A stretch of 42,835 bases of DNA. It comes from a virus. Its lineage: Duplodnaviria; Caudoviricetes. The position numbers were made by a program, and so were the translations under genes. The stretch is from IMG/VR virus record IMGVR_UViG_3300020045_007431, positions 1 to 42,835 of that record. One strand, written 5' to 3'. Every line of letters starts with the position of its first letter. Position 1 is the stretch's first letter. The notes beneath the pieces were generated by a model. The model worked only from the letters and a program-made list of their open reading frames with translations, had not been told where the DNA came from and did not search any database. This document shows positions 9,294 to 19,206 of this stretch, in pieces.

Positions 9294-10769
9294 ATGACTA
9301 AAGGTTTGAACATCGGACGGCTTGTTCGTGCAACCGTCAATCTCGCCCCGCTGGCTGCGGCTCGCCGTGGCTTCGGCACCCTGCTCATCGCAGGCGATTC
9401 CAATGTCATCGACGGCGTCGAACGCATCCGCGCCTATGTGGATCTGGAATCGGTTGCCGGTGACTTCGGCACCAGCGCCCCTGAGTATCTTGCTGCTGTG
9501 CTCTACTTCGGTCAGTCGCCCCGGCCTCAGAACCTGATGATCGGTCGTTGGTTGCGCACGGCAACCTCTGGCTTGATCGAAGGCGGCATCCTGACCACGG
9601 CTCAACAGGTGATGTCGCTCTGGACTGCGATCACCACCGGCTCGTTCAAGATCACCGTGGATGGCGTTTTGAAGACGCTTTCCGCGCTGGACTTCTCCGG
9701 CCAAACCAACCTGAATGGCGTGGCCAGCGTGATCAACGCATCCCTGGCTGGCGCAACGATTGCTTGGGACGGCTCGCGCTTTGTCCTGACCAGTTCGACC
9801 ACTGGCGTCACCTCGGTTGTCGGCTACGCTTCGGAGACCGGCTCTGGCACCGACATCTCCACGATGCTGAAGCTGACCGCTGCAACGGCTCTGGTTCCGG
9901 TTCCCGGCTTTGCTGCTGAGACGCCGGTCGAATGCGCTGTTGCTCTGGCCAACCAGTCTGGTCAGTGGTACGGTCTGTCCTTCGCCGCTGCGACCATGCC
10001 GACCGACGACCAACTGGAAGCCGTCGCAGCCTTCATCGAAGGCGCTTCGATCAGCCGCATCTTCGGCGTGACCGAGATCGACACTCGTGTCCTGGACGCT
10101 TCCTACACGACCGATCTGGCCAGCCGCTTCAAGGCTCTCGCCTACAAGCGAACCTGCGTGCAGTTCAGCGCCAACAAGTACGCCATTTGCTCGTTGATGG
10201 GCCGCGCCTTCTCGGTGAATTTCAACGCCAACCGCTCCACAATCACGCTGATGTACAAGCAGGAGCCGGGCATCGTGGCCGAGAACCTGACCGAGACCCA
10301 AGCTCAGACGCTCAAGGCCAAGCGCTGCAACGTATTCGTGCAGTACATGAACGACACGACCATCATCCAATACGGTGTGATGTCCGGCCAAGCCTACTTC
10401 GACGAAATTCACGGCCTCGACTGGTTTACAGACGCTCTGCAGACTGCGGAATACAACTTGCTCTACCAGAGCAAGACCAAGATCCCGCAGACCGACGACG
10501 GTCAGAACCAGCTGGTCAATGTGGCCTCCAGCGTTTGCCAGGAAGCGATCAACAACGGGCTGGTTGCTCCGGGTCAGTGGAATGCTGACGGCTTCGGCCA
10601 GCTGGCTCGTGGCGACTATCTGGACCAAGGTTTCTACATCTACACCCCGCCGATGGCTGCGCAAGACCAGTCCATCCGCGAACAACGCATCGCACCGCCT
10701 CTGCAAATTGCACTCAAGCTGGCCGGTGCGATCCATGAACTCGACTGCATCGTCGATGTGAATCGCTAA
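9294..10769 (+). CDS. Contractile tail sheath protein (DUF3383 family)
   Basis: 491 aa; FGTSAPEYLAAVLYFGQSPRP, KQEPG, FDEIHGLDW, KIPQTD and LAGAIH motifs. Confidence 0.92.
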   Translation: MTKGLNIGRLVRATVNLAPLAAARRGFGTLLIAGDSNVIDGVERIRAYVDLESVAGDFGTSAPEYLAAVLYFGQSPRPQNLMIGRWLRTATSGLIEGGILTTAQQVMSLWTAITTGSFKITVDGVLKTLSALDFSGQTNLNGVASVINASLAGATIAWDGSRFVLTSSTTGVTSVVGYASETGSGTDISTMLKLTAATALVPVPGFAAETPVECAVALANQSGQWYGLSFAAATMPTDDQLEAVAAFIEGASISRIFGVTEIDTRVLDASYTTDLASRFKALAYKRTCVQFSANKYAICSLMGRAFSVNFNANRSTITLMYKQEPGIVAENLTETQAQTLKAKRCNVFVQYMNDTTIIQYGVMSGQAYFDEIHGLDWFTDALQTAEYNLLYQSKTKIPQTDDGQNQLVNVASSVCQEAINNGLVAPGQWNADGFGQLARGDYLDQGFYIYTPPMAAQDQSIREQRIAPPLQIALKLAGAIHELDCIVDVNR

Positions 10770-10782
10770 GGAGAACTGAAAC

Positions 10783-11235
10783 ATGGCAACCTATTCTTTC
10801 CAAGACGTTGTCGCCGCGATTGTCGGCGTTGGCGGTTCCATCAACCTTGCGGCTGGCGCTGCGGTGGCTGAAGAAGGCATCACCATCGAGGCTGTGGCCG
10901 ACAAGAACACGATGACCATCGGCGCTGACGGTTCCGGCATGCATTCGCTGGCAGCCAACGAAGCCAGCACCGTGACCGTTCGTCTGCTCAAGACCTCGCC
11001 GGTCAATGCGCAGCTGCAGCTGATGTACAACCTGCAGACCAAGTCCAGCCTGACTCACGGCAAGAACGTGATCACCGTTCGCGATGTGGTGCGTGGTGAC
11101 TCCATCGTTCTGACGCAGGTGGCGTTTAAGAAGCGTCCTGCGATCAACTACGCCAAGGAAGGCGGTCTGAACGAATGGACTTTCGACGCTGTCAAGACGA
11201 CCCAGATCCTGGGTGTCGGCACTCCGGAGATCTAA
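10783..11235 (+). CDS. Tail tube protein (DUF3277-like)
   Basis: 150 aa after sheath; TYSF, IGADG and LLKTSPVN motifs. Confidence 0.85.
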   Translation: MATYSFQDVVAAIVGVGGSINLAAGAAVAEEGITIEAVADKNTMTIGADGSGMHSLAANEASTVTVRLLKTSPVNAQLQLMYNLQTKSSLTHGKNVITVRDVVRGDSIVLTQVAFKKRPAINYAKEGGLNEWTFDAVKTTQILGVGTPEI

Positions 11236-11238
11236 GCG

Positions 11239-11703
11239 ATGGAATTCGAACTGGAAGGTCGCACCTATCGCGTTGGCAAGATCGACGCTCGGGCGCAGTT
11301 CCACATCGTTCGTCGCTTGGCTCCGGTGCTTGGCGAGTTGGCAGGCGCGTTGCAAGGGCGGATCACCGCTCCTGCAACGGAAGCCGATGACGAAGCGAAG
11401 AAGGCCAAGACCGCAAAAGCTGCGGTTGAAGCCCTTCCTCCGATTGCCAACGCCATCAGCCGCTTGTCGGACGCTGATGCTGACTACGTCATCTTCGGTC
11501 TCCTCAAGGCGATTGTGCGGAAGCAGGATCAAGGTCTTGGTTGGGGGCCGGTGACGACTGGTGAGCAGCTGATGTACGACGACATCACGATGACGACGAT
11601 GCTGAAGCTGGCTTGGAAGGCTTTGTCTTTCAATATGTCCGGTTTTTTCAACGCTCTCCCCTCGGATTTGAAAGAAGCAGCCCTGAAAGTGACAGGCCAG
11701 TAA
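11239..11703 (+). CDS. Tail assembly chaperone
   Basis: Between tube and tape measure; QFHIVRRLAPVL motif. Confidence 0.75.
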   Translation: MEFELEGRTYRVGKIDARAQFHIVRRLAPVLGELAGALQGRITAPATEADDEAKKAKTAKAAVEALPPIANAISRLSDADADYVIFGLLKAIVRKQDQGLGWGPVTTGEQLMYDDITMTTMLKLAWKALSFNMSGFFNALPSDLKEAALKVTGQ

Positions 11704-11879
11704 GGTGGGTTTCGCTTCCCGATGGGGAGGATTGGCTTCTCCGGCCTGTTCTGCGAGGACTATGCAAGTATGAGAGTTTGATCGATTGCACGCTTGGTCT
11801 CGCAGACATCGCCTTGATGAATGATGCGCTGGATGTTCAGGATGAAAACGAGTTGAGATACAGAGAGGCCAACAAGTGA
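11643..11879 (+). CDS. -1 frameshift extension of the tail assembly chaperone (lambda gpGT-like)
   Basis: Slippery heptamer T TTT TTC at 11643-11649 in chaperone phase; the -1 frame is open to 11879 (DWLLRPV...LADIALMNDALD). Confidence 0.65.
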   Translation, partial: FFQRSPLGFERSSPESDRPVRWVSLPDGEDWLLRPVLRGLCKYESLIDCTLGLADIALMNDALDVQDENELRYREANK

Positions 11880-13450
11880 GCGGTGATGTGATCAAGGAGT
11901 TTCTGGTCGGTCTTGGATTCGAGATCGATGAGGCAGGGCTGAACAAGTTCTCCTCTGCAGTCGGCTCCGCCTCTCTCAAGGTGATGGCGCTTGGCGCTGC
12001 TACGGTTGCCGCTGCCACAGCGGTTTTCGCTGCTGTTCAAGACATCGCAGACGAGTACGATCAGCTGGACAAGCTGGCGACTCGGTTCCGCACGACCACC
12101 GAAGCTGTTGATGAATTCGCAGACATGGCCGGTGTTCTCGGTCTGAGCAAAGAACAGTCCATCGGTTCGCTCAAGGCGCTCGACCAAGCAATCGCAGACA
12201 CCGCTCTCGGAATGGGCCGTGCGAAGATGGTGTTCGAGGAGCTAGGCATCAAGGTCACTGACGCCAACGGCAAGATGAAGCCGACGACCGAAGTGATGGA
12301 CGACCTTGCTCTCAAGCTCAAGGACATGGAGAAAGGCAAAGCGATCCGGGTCATGGAGCGTCTCGGCCTCGACCCGGCGCTGATGAAGTTGTTCAATGCA
12401 GACCTAGCGCAACTGCGTCAGGATCTGAACGACATCGACAAGGCCGCAGGATTCGACCTGAGCGAAGCCGTTGCCGAATCCAAGGCGTTCATGTCCAGCT
12501 GGCGAGCACTCACCATCGAGTTCAACAAGGTCAAGTTGGTCTTCGAGAAGCTGTACGAGTCGATCGGCGTGAAGCTGATGCCGAAGATGCGTGCCGGAAT
12601 AGAACAGTTCAGAGCGCAGATCGAGCAGTTCCGCCGGAAGCTGATGGACAACTTCGAGGCGATCCGCAACGCGATCATGATGGTGATCGACTTCATCATG
12701 CGCGGCGCAGAAGCGTTCATAATTCTGTTCATGCGCGTGTTCGGCGTGGTGTCTGATGTCGTCACCGGCATTATCAGCTGGTTTGGCAAGCTGGACTCCA
12801 CCACACAGATGGTTATTCTTGGCGTCCTTGGGATTGCCGCTGCGTGGAAATACCTTAACGTAGCCTTCCTAGCCACACCAATAGGGATGGTCTTGTCGCT
12901 GGCTACGGCGCTCCTGCTTCTCTACGACGATTTCATGACGTGGAAAGAAGGCGGAGAAAGCCTGATCGACTGGGGTGCTTGGGAACCGGGCATCAACTCT
13001 GCGATTGAGGCGATCACCTTCCTGCGCGATCTGATCGGCAACGCCTTCACCGCAATCTACGCTGCGATCGACCTTGTTGTCAGCCTTCTGACAGGCGACT
13101 TCTCGCAGGCTTGGTTCGCCGTTGGTGAGTTGGTCAATAGCATCATCGGCATTTTCCAGAACGCATGGGGTGTGATCAAGAGTGTTGGCGAGTCGCTGGG
13201 CAACTTTGCAGGAGCAATCGCAAGTGTGTTTGGCGGTGGAGGAAGCGCAGGAGCCGCTCAAAAGCCAGCGCTCACACCTTCCCCTCAAGCGGCTGCAGCA
13301 GTGGCAGGGAGCCAGCAAAGCGTGAGCCAGCAGACACAGATCGTCGTGCAGGGGTCTAGCGATCCAACAACCACAGCCAAGGAAGTGGCCGGGCAGCAAG
13401 GCCGGGTCAATGCCGACATGGCACGCAACATGAAGGGTGCGGCAAGATGA
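11876..13450 (+). CDS. Tape measure protein
   Basis: VIKEFLVGLGF N-terminus; helical A/L-rich body with a hydrophobic segment; canonical position. Confidence 0.85.
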   Translation: MSGDVIKEFLVGLGFEIDEAGLNKFSSAVGSASLKVMALGAATVAAATAVFAAVQDIADEYDQLDKLATRFRTTTEAVDEFADMAGVLGLSKEQSIGSLKALDQAIADTALGMGRAKMVFEELGIKVTDANGKMKPTTEVMDDLALKLKDMEKGKAIRVMERLGLDPALMKLFNADLAQLRQDLNDIDKAAGFDLSEAVAESKAFMSSWRALTIEFNKVKLVFEKLYESIGVKLMPKMRAGIEQFRAQIEQFRRKLMDNFEAIRNAIMMVIDFIMRGAEAFIILFMRVFGVVSDVVTGIISWFGKLDSTTQMVILGVLGIAAAWKYLNVAFLATPIGMVLSLATALLLLYDDFMTWKEGGESLIDWGAWEPGINSAIEAITFLRDLIGNAFTAIYAAIDLVVSLLTGDFSQAWFAVGELVNSIIGIFQNAWGVIKSVGESLGNFAGAIASVFGGGGSAGAAQKPALTPSPQAAAAVAGSQQSVSQQTQIVVQGSSDPTTTAKEVAGQQGRVNADMARNMKGAAR

Positions 13451-13977
13451 GCCTGACCGAACCTCCCATCCCGGCAACGATCGTTCCTCGCAGATCGATC
13501 GGGCCTTTCAACGCAACCTTGACGATCGAAGAGATTGCGACGGACGAACTTGAGATCACGCAGCATCCCGTTCAACAAGGCTCTGCGATCACTGATCACG
13601 CCTACATGAAGCCTGCCACGGTCAATGTGAAGATCGTGTTCAGCGACGAAGATGCACCTCTGGCTGAGACCTACGAGAAGATGCGCCAGCTGCAGGCCAG
13701 CCGGGAGCCGTTCGATGTTGTCACAGGCAAGCGCAGCTACAAGAACATGTTGTTCAAGTCGCTAGGACAGACCAACGACGTGCGCACGGAATTCGTGTTG
13801 AGCATCAATGCGACGCTACAGGAGGTGTTCATCACCTCTCTCGAGGTCGTCTCTGTTCCAGAACGCAAGAAGCAAAAGACACCCGGCAAAACCGGCGCTA
13901 CGGAAAATGCAGGCCAGAAGAAGGCGCAGCCTGCTGAACCTAAGAAAAAGAGCGCCCTCAAGGCATTGGCAGGCTGA
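13447..13977 (+). CDS. Baseplate / tail tube initiator protein
   Basis: ITQHPVQQGSAITDH and PFDVVTGKRSYKNM motifs after tape measure. Confidence 0.75.
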   Translation: MSLTEPPIPATIVPRRSIGPFNATLTIEEIATDELEITQHPVQQGSAITDHAYMKPATVNVKIVFSDEDAPLAETYEKMRQLQASREPFDVVTGKRSYKNMLFKSLGQTNDVRTEFVLSINATLQEVFITSLEVVSVPERKKQKTPGKTGATENAGQKKAQPAEPKKKSALKALAG

Positions 13978-13979
13978 CC

Positions 13980-14300
13980 ATGGCTGAACAACTATTCAAG
14001 ATCCCTCTGACGAATGTTCCGCAACGGTTCGCGATCGAACTGGCCGGTCTCTCGTTGATCGTCGTTAGCCGTTGGAACGGAGAGATGCCAGCTTGGGTGC
14101 TGGACTTCTACGACGAGGCGACCAACGAACCTATGGTCCTTTCGCTTCCATTGGTGAGCGGTGTGGATCTGCTCGCCCAGCACGAATACATCGGCATTCC
14201 TGGCCAGTTGATCGTGTACACGGACGGTGACGAGTTCGCTCCGCCGACCCTGGAGAATCTTGGTCAGGAAGCCAATCTGTACTATTTGGTTGATGTGTGA
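13980..14300 (+). CDS. Small baseplate protein
   Basis: IPL...PQRF, RWN and PLVSGVDLL motifs; position in baseplate module. Confidence 0.65.
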   Translation: MAEQLFKIPLTNVPQRFAIELAGLSLIVVSRWNGEMPAWVLDFYDEATNEPMVLSLPLVSGVDLLAQHEYIGIPGQLIVYTDGDEFAPPTLENLGQEANLYYLVDV

Positions 14301-15223
14301 TGGATCAGCTTCAATACATTCGCCGATGCAACCTGATCCTCGCGACAGACAAGGGTGAAGGACTTGACCTTTCCAGTCTTCGCATCAAGTTCGCAATCAA
14401 GAAGGCAGACGCCCAGTCTCCGAACACAGCCGAGATCCGCATTTACAATGTGTCTGAAGAGACAGCCAACCGAATCCGCAAAGAGTTCAGCAGCATCACT
14501 CTGCAGGCCGGGTACGAAAGCAACTATGGCATCATATTCGCAGGCAACTTGAAGCAGGTTCGCTTCGGCCGAGAGAACGGAACGGACACCTATCTCGACA
14601 TCGCTGCTGCCGATGGCGACAACGCCTACAACTTCGCTGTTGTGAACACGACCTTGGCGGCTGGCGCAAAGCAGTCTGACCAGATCAACGCAGCTGCAGC
14701 GCCGATGTCAGGGAAGGGCGTGCAGAAGGGCCACATCGACGACACAGGCTCCGCCAAGCTTCCAAGAGGCAAGGTTATGTACGGCATGGCTCGCGATTAT
14801 CTTCGTCAGTCTGCAGCGGCATCCAACACATCGTGGTCAATCCAGGACGGCAAGATCCAGTTCGTGGCTTTGACAGGTGTCCTGCCAAACCAAGCGGTCG
14901 TGCTCAACAGCAAGACAGGCCTCGTCGGAACGCCAGAGCAAACGAACGACGGCATCAAGGCGCGTTGCCTGCTCAACCCGATGTTGAAGGTTGGAGGCAA
15001 GGTTCAGATCGACGAGAAGGACATCACAGAGGCAAAGCTGCCAGACACCAAGAAGGACGCGCAAGCCAACAAGCCTGCGACCATTCGTCATGACGGCTTT
15101 TACCGACTGCTGACCGTTGAATATTCAGGCGACACACGCGGCAACGACTGGTATTGCGACCTTGTCTGCCTCGACATCGACGCGACGCAACCTCCAGGAA
15201 AACAGGTGAAGAAAAATGGATAG
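14297..15223 (+). CDS. Baseplate hub protein
   Basis: PNTAEIRIYN, LQAGY, WSIQDG, TGLVGTP and GDTRGNDW motifs. Confidence 0.8.
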   Translation: MMDQLQYIRRCNLILATDKGEGLDLSSLRIKFAIKKADAQSPNTAEIRIYNVSEETANRIRKEFSSITLQAGYESNYGIIFAGNLKQVRFGRENGTDTYLDIAAADGDNAYNFAVVNTTLAAGAKQSDQINAAAAPMSGKGVQKGHIDDTGSAKLPRGKVMYGMARDYLRQSAAASNTSWSIQDGKIQFVALTGVLPNQAVVLNSKTGLVGTPEQTNDGIKARCLLNPMLKVGGKVQIDEKDITEAKLPDTKKDAQANKPATIRHDGFYRLLTVEYSGDTRGNDWYCDLVCLDIDATQPPGKQVKKNG

Positions 15224-15974
15224 GCGAGAACGGCTAGACGACCCTGAAGAATCTCTGCGCATGGCGCTTGAGGACTTCCAATCTCAAATCTGGACGGCTC
15301 TTCCTGGTGTCGTTTCCGGCGTCGATCTCGACAAGCAAACTGTTTCTGTACAACCAACGATCCAAGGAAGCGTGAGTTCTGCTGATGGCTCATCGCAGTC
15401 CGTCAATCTTCCTGTGTTGGTTGATGTTCCGGTCTGCTGGCCTCGCGCTGGCGGGTTTGCATTGACTTTCCCCGTCAATGTCGGTGATGAAGTTCTTGTT
15501 GTGTTCGCTTCTCGATGCATCGACAGTTGGTGGCAATCAGGAGGCGTTGGTGCGCAGGCCGAGGTTCGTATGCACGACCTCAGCGATGGATTCGCCATCT
15601 TGGCTCCGACCAGCCAGCCGAAAAAACTGAATGGTGTCAGCAACGCAAATGTTCAGTTGCGCGACGAAGATGGAACGACATTCCTTGAGATCACACCTGA
15701 CGGCAAGGCAAGACTGGTTGCGGTCTCTCAGATCGACATCGAAGCGCCGACTATCAATCTGAACGGCGGAACAGTCCTGAACATGACAGCGCCGACCATC
15801 AATATGAACGGAAACATAAACACAGCAGGCTCTGGAGGGACAGGAACATTCAATGTGTCTGGAAACTTGATCCACACCAACGGATCGATAACCAGTCTTG
15901 GCAAGAAGATTGACGGAACACACACACACGGTGGTGTTCAGCCCGGTGGCGGAAACACAGCAGTTCCGAATTGA
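15216..15974 (+). CDS. Baseplate central spike (Gp138/gpV-like)
   Basis: N-terminal OB-fold (TALPG, VPVCWP, GDEVLVVF, RMHDLSD) and C-terminal HTHGGV metal-binding apex. Confidence 0.88.
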   Translation: MDRRERLDDPEESLRMALEDFQSQIWTALPGVVSGVDLDKQTVSVQPTIQGSVSSADGSSQSVNLPVLVDVPVCWPRAGGFALTFPVNVGDEVLVVFASRCIDSWWQSGGVGAQAEVRMHDLSDGFAILAPTSQPKKLNGVSNANVQLRDEDGTTFLEITPDGKARLVAVSQIDIEAPTINLNGGTVLNMTAPTINMNGNINTAGSGGTGTFNVSGNLIHTNGSITSLGKKIDGTHTHGGVQPGGGNTAVPN

Positions 15975-15976
15975 TG

Positions 15977-16005
15977 TTGTCTGGCGGTCGTTTTCAGAGC
16001 ATAAT
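15977..16005 (+). promoter_or_regulatory. Sigma70-like promoter for baseplate wedge and fibre genes
   Basis: TTGTCT-N17-CATAAT; shares TTCAGAGCATAAT with the promoter at 4363. Confidence 0.6.
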
Positions 16006-16028
16006 TGTCGGAAAATGGAGGCGACTCG

Positions 16029-16382
16029 ATGCGGTATCGCAGGTTAAGTGACGATGGAGATATGACGTTCGGCTCTCAACAAGCCGACTTTCTCCGCAAC
16101 ACGCCTGAAACTGTTGCGCAGGCCGTCATTACCCGTTTGAAATTGTGGCTTGGCGAGTGGTTCATCGACCAGACCGAAGGCACGCCATATCAGCAGGCCG
16201 CGCTCGGAAAGAACACGACCGCCAGCGTGGAACCCGCCATCCGTTCGCGCATCCTTGAGACACAAGGTGTAACCAGCATCGACTCGTTCGAGATGATTTT
16301 CGATCCTGACGAACGCAAGGCGACGATCAACGCGACAATCAGCACCGAGTATGGTGAGGTTGTTGTTCAAGGAGTCTTGTGA
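16029..16382 (+). CDS. Baseplate wedge / sheath initiator (gp25, gpW-like)
   Basis: MRYRRL, AQAVITRLKLWLGEWF, ILETQGV and TEYG motifs. Confidence 0.8.
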   Translation: MRYRRLSDDGDMTFGSQQADFLRNTPETVAQAVITRLKLWLGEWFIDQTEGTPYQQAALGKNTTASVEPAIRSRILETQGVTSIDSFEMIFDPDERKATINATISTEYGEVVVQGVL

Positions 16383-17560
16383 TGGCGATTGCCGATCTTG
16401 TTTACATTGATGCTACAGGCTTCCACACGCCGGATTACCCGACCGTTCTCGACTTTCTGAAGAGCGAGTACAGAACGATCTACGGCAATGATGTGTATCT
16501 GGAAGCAGACTCTCAGGACGGCCAGTGGATTGCCGTTCAAGCCTTGGCGATCTTTGACACGCTGCAGGTTGCTCAGGCGACCTACAACAGCTTCTCGCCT
16601 CTGTCCGCTCAGAAGGACGCTCTCAGCCGCAACGTGAAGATCAACGGCATTCGTCGTCTGATTGCTTCCTACTCGCAAGTCGATCTGCTCATCGTTGGTC
16701 AGCCCGGAACGACCATCGTGAATGGTCAGGCGGAAGACTCGCTCACCCAGAAGTGGAACCTGCCAGCATCCGTTGTCGTGCCGGTTGGCGGTTCGATCAC
16801 GGTCACCGCAACTGCCGCAGAGATCGGCGCAAAGACTGCCGCAGCGAACACCATCACCAAGATCGCAACGCCGACGCTCGGTTGGCAGACCGTCAATAAC
16901 CCGCTGGCTGCTGTCGAAGGAAACCCGGTTGAGTCCGACGCAGAACTGCGCAAGCGCCAGACGACTTCAACGGCTCTGCCGTCTCTTTCTGTTCTCGAAG
17001 GCATTGTTGGTGCTGTTGCTTCTTTGGCCGGTGTCAGCCGCTTCCGTGGCTACGAAAACGACACAGGAGCGACGGACGCGAACGGCATCCCGGCGCATTC
17101 GATGGCTGTCATTGTTGAAGGCGGAGACGCTCAAGCGATCGGCGAAGCAATCGCCGTCAAGAAGACACCCGGCTCGCCGACCTACGGCACCACGACCGTC
17201 ACGACCTACGACAAGTATGGTCTGCCGAACGACATCAACTTCTTCCGTCCGACGGTTGCGACCATCGGCGTTGAGGTGACGATCGACGCTCTGCAAGGAT
17301 ACACGACAGGCTTCGCTGCGCTCATCGCTGCGGCTGTGGCAGAGTTGCTCAACAATCTGGAGATCGGAGACGACGTTCTGATCACCAAGCTGTATGTGCC
17401 TGCCAACCTGCCGGGGAACGCTGCTGGCTCGACGTTCGATCTGACGCAGATCCGCATCAAGAAGAATGCAGGCGCGTTCGGAACCAGCAACATTGTGTTG
17501 GCGTTCAACGAGGTTGCATTCTGCAATCCTGCCGTTGATGTTACGGTGATCGTGACATGA
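16379..17560 (+). CDS. Baseplate J-like wedge protein
   Basis: 393 aa; SQDGQW, NGIRR, ESDAELR and YENDT motifs. Confidence 0.88.
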   Translation: MMAIADLVYIDATGFHTPDYPTVLDFLKSEYRTIYGNDVYLEADSQDGQWIAVQALAIFDTLQVAQATYNSFSPLSAQKDALSRNVKINGIRRLIASYSQVDLLIVGQPGTTIVNGQAEDSLTQKWNLPASVVVPVGGSITVTATAAEIGAKTAAANTITKIATPTLGWQTVNNPLAAVEGNPVESDAELRKRQTTSTALPSLSVLEGIVGAVASLAGVSRFRGYENDTGATDANGIPAHSMAVIVEGGDAQAIGEAIAVKKTPGSPTYGTTTVTTYDKYGLPNDINFFRPTVATIGVEVTIDALQGYTTGFAALIAAAVAELLNNLEIGDDVLITKLYVPANLPGNAAGSTFDLTQIRIKKNAGAFGTSNIVLAFNEVAFCNPAVDVTVIVT

Positions 17561-18228
17561 CGACTGAAGAATACCTCTCGCTGATCACATCGGCCCACTC
17601 CGACAAGCCGAAGTTCGAAGCCACGGTTGCTGTCGGAGTTTCGCCGTTTGCGCGGATCCAAGAGGTGTTGAACAGTCTGATCACGGAATTCGACATTGAC
17701 ACAGCAGTTGGCGTGCAGTTGGACGTTGTCGGTGAGTGGGTTGGCCGGTCTCGCCGCATCGACACACCATTGGTTGGTGTCTATTTTGCTTGGGACGATC
17801 TGGCAAATGACGGTTGGGAGTCTGGAATTTGGAAGGACGTCTACGACCCGGAGAGTGGCCTCGTTGATCTTCCGGATGACGCTTATCGTCTTCTTCTCAA
17901 GTCCAAGGTCGCAGCCAATAACTGGCGCGGATCAATCCCGCAGGCCTATGAGGTCTGGGATTCTGCTTTCGGCACGAATACGTTCTTGCTGATTCAGGAC
18001 AACCAAGACATGTCGATGGTCGTCGGCATTGCTGGTCAGCCGCTTTCGATCGTTGATCAAGCCCTTCTGACTAACGGATACATCCCACTAAAACCGGAAG
18101 GCGTGCGAATCAATTACTACGCAGTCGCTCCGTCAGAAGGGTCTTTGTTCGCTTTCGATGTGTCTGAAACATCAGCCATGGCCGGTTGGGATCACGGTCA
18201 ATGGGCTCAAGAATTGATTCCTGCATAG
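17557..18228 (+). CDS. Baseplate wedge protein (DUF2612 family)
   Basis: FDIDTAVGVQLDVVGEWVGRSR, DDAYR and DNQDMSM motifs. Confidence 0.85.
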   Translation: MTTEEYLSLITSAHSDKPKFEATVAVGVSPFARIQEVLNSLITEFDIDTAVGVQLDVVGEWVGRSRRIDTPLVGVYFAWDDLANDGWESGIWKDVYDPESGLVDLPDDAYRLLLKSKVAANNWRGSIPQAYEVWDSAFGTNTFLLIQDNQDMSMVVGIAGQPLSIVDQALLTNGYIPLKPEGVRINYYAVAPSEGSLFAFDVSETSAMAGWDHGQWAQELIPA

Positions 18229-18238
18229 GAGAAATGAA

Positions 18239-19204
18239 ATGGCAACTAACGAAATTCTTCCATTCGCTGAGGACGACACAGGAACCAATCTGCTTACGCA
18301 AGCAGAATATTCTGCTGACGCACAGCGTTTGATCGGAAACCAACCGGGTGTCGCTCGTTCCAAGTTGGTGAATAAAGTTCTTCGTCAGGCAAGTCTGATT
18401 GCTGCTTCTTTGGCAAAATTCGTTGCGGACAATCAGACCAACAACATTGTCGATACAGCAAGCGTTTCGAACATCGCGTCATGGATGGAAAAAGCAGTTC
18501 GCTCAATTGGCGTTCCGACAGCTTCCTCCGGAGGAACTGCAGACGCATTGACTGCAGACTTCACTCCAAACGCAGACACTTGGTTGTCAAACGGAAGCAC
18601 CCTTGTTGTTCGCGCGTCTTTGGCGAATTTGACTACAACGCCAACACTGGCTGCTGATGGCGTGACAGCAAAGACCATCGTCAAGGGCAGCAACAAGGCT
18701 CTTGTTGCTGGAGACATAGCAGGCGCTGGGCATTGGCTTGTTCTTCAATTTGACTCGACCCTTGACAAATATGTTTTGCTCAATCCGGCAACAGGCGTTT
18801 CTACAGTCACCATCGGAAATGACCCGACCATTGCGGACAACAGCAGCAACCCAGCAAGCACGAGTTGGATTCGCAATGCAATGACGACGCTTGCTGCCGC
18901 AGCCGGATTCACATATTTTTTTGGAGCAAACGGATACATAAAGTTCCCAACTTGGTTCGCAGGTTGGGTGGTGCAATGGGGAACCGTCACGACGAACGGC
19001 TCTGGTCTTGCGACAATCACTTTTCCGCTTACTTTCCCGACCCAGCCTCTTGGAATTTCTTTACAGGACTTGGGTTCCGCTGTTGCAAACATAGACGTAT
19101 TTTGCTCGACGTTAATTTCGACTTCGCAGTGCTCTGTTGCCTGTGCCACAAATGCAGGGGTCGCACAGGCGGCAACGGCTTACTATATCGCTTGGGGTAA
19201 TTGA
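18239..19204 (+). CDS. Tail fibre protein
   Basis: N-terminal baseplate anchor (GVARSKLVNKVLRQAS) and C-terminal gp53-like domain (NGYIKFP...VVQWG...ITFPLTFP...YIAWG). Confidence 0.85.
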   Translation: MATNEILPFAEDDTGTNLLTQAEYSADAQRLIGNQPGVARSKLVNKVLRQASLIAASLAKFVADNQTNNIVDTASVSNIASWMEKAVRSIGVPTASSGGTADALTADFTPNADTWLSNGSTLVVRASLANLTTTPTLAADGVTAKTIVKGSNKALVAGDIAGAGHWLVLQFDSTLDKYVLLNPATGVSTVTIGNDPTIADNSSNPASTSWIRNAMTTLAAAAGFTYFFGANGYIKFPTWFAGWVVQWGTVTTNGSGLATITFPLTFPTQPLGISLQDLGSAVANIDVFCSTLISTSQCSVACATNAGVAQAATAYYIAWGN

Positions 19205-19206
19205 AA

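Noticed and set aside
9279-12018. Long minus-strand ORFs (501 aa and 434 aa)
   Set aside because: Antisense shadows of the codon-biased sheath, tube and chaperone genes; no motifs or RBS
15918-15929. (AC)n microsatellite as a phase-variation tract
   Set aside because: It encodes the THTH metal-binding tip of the spike protein
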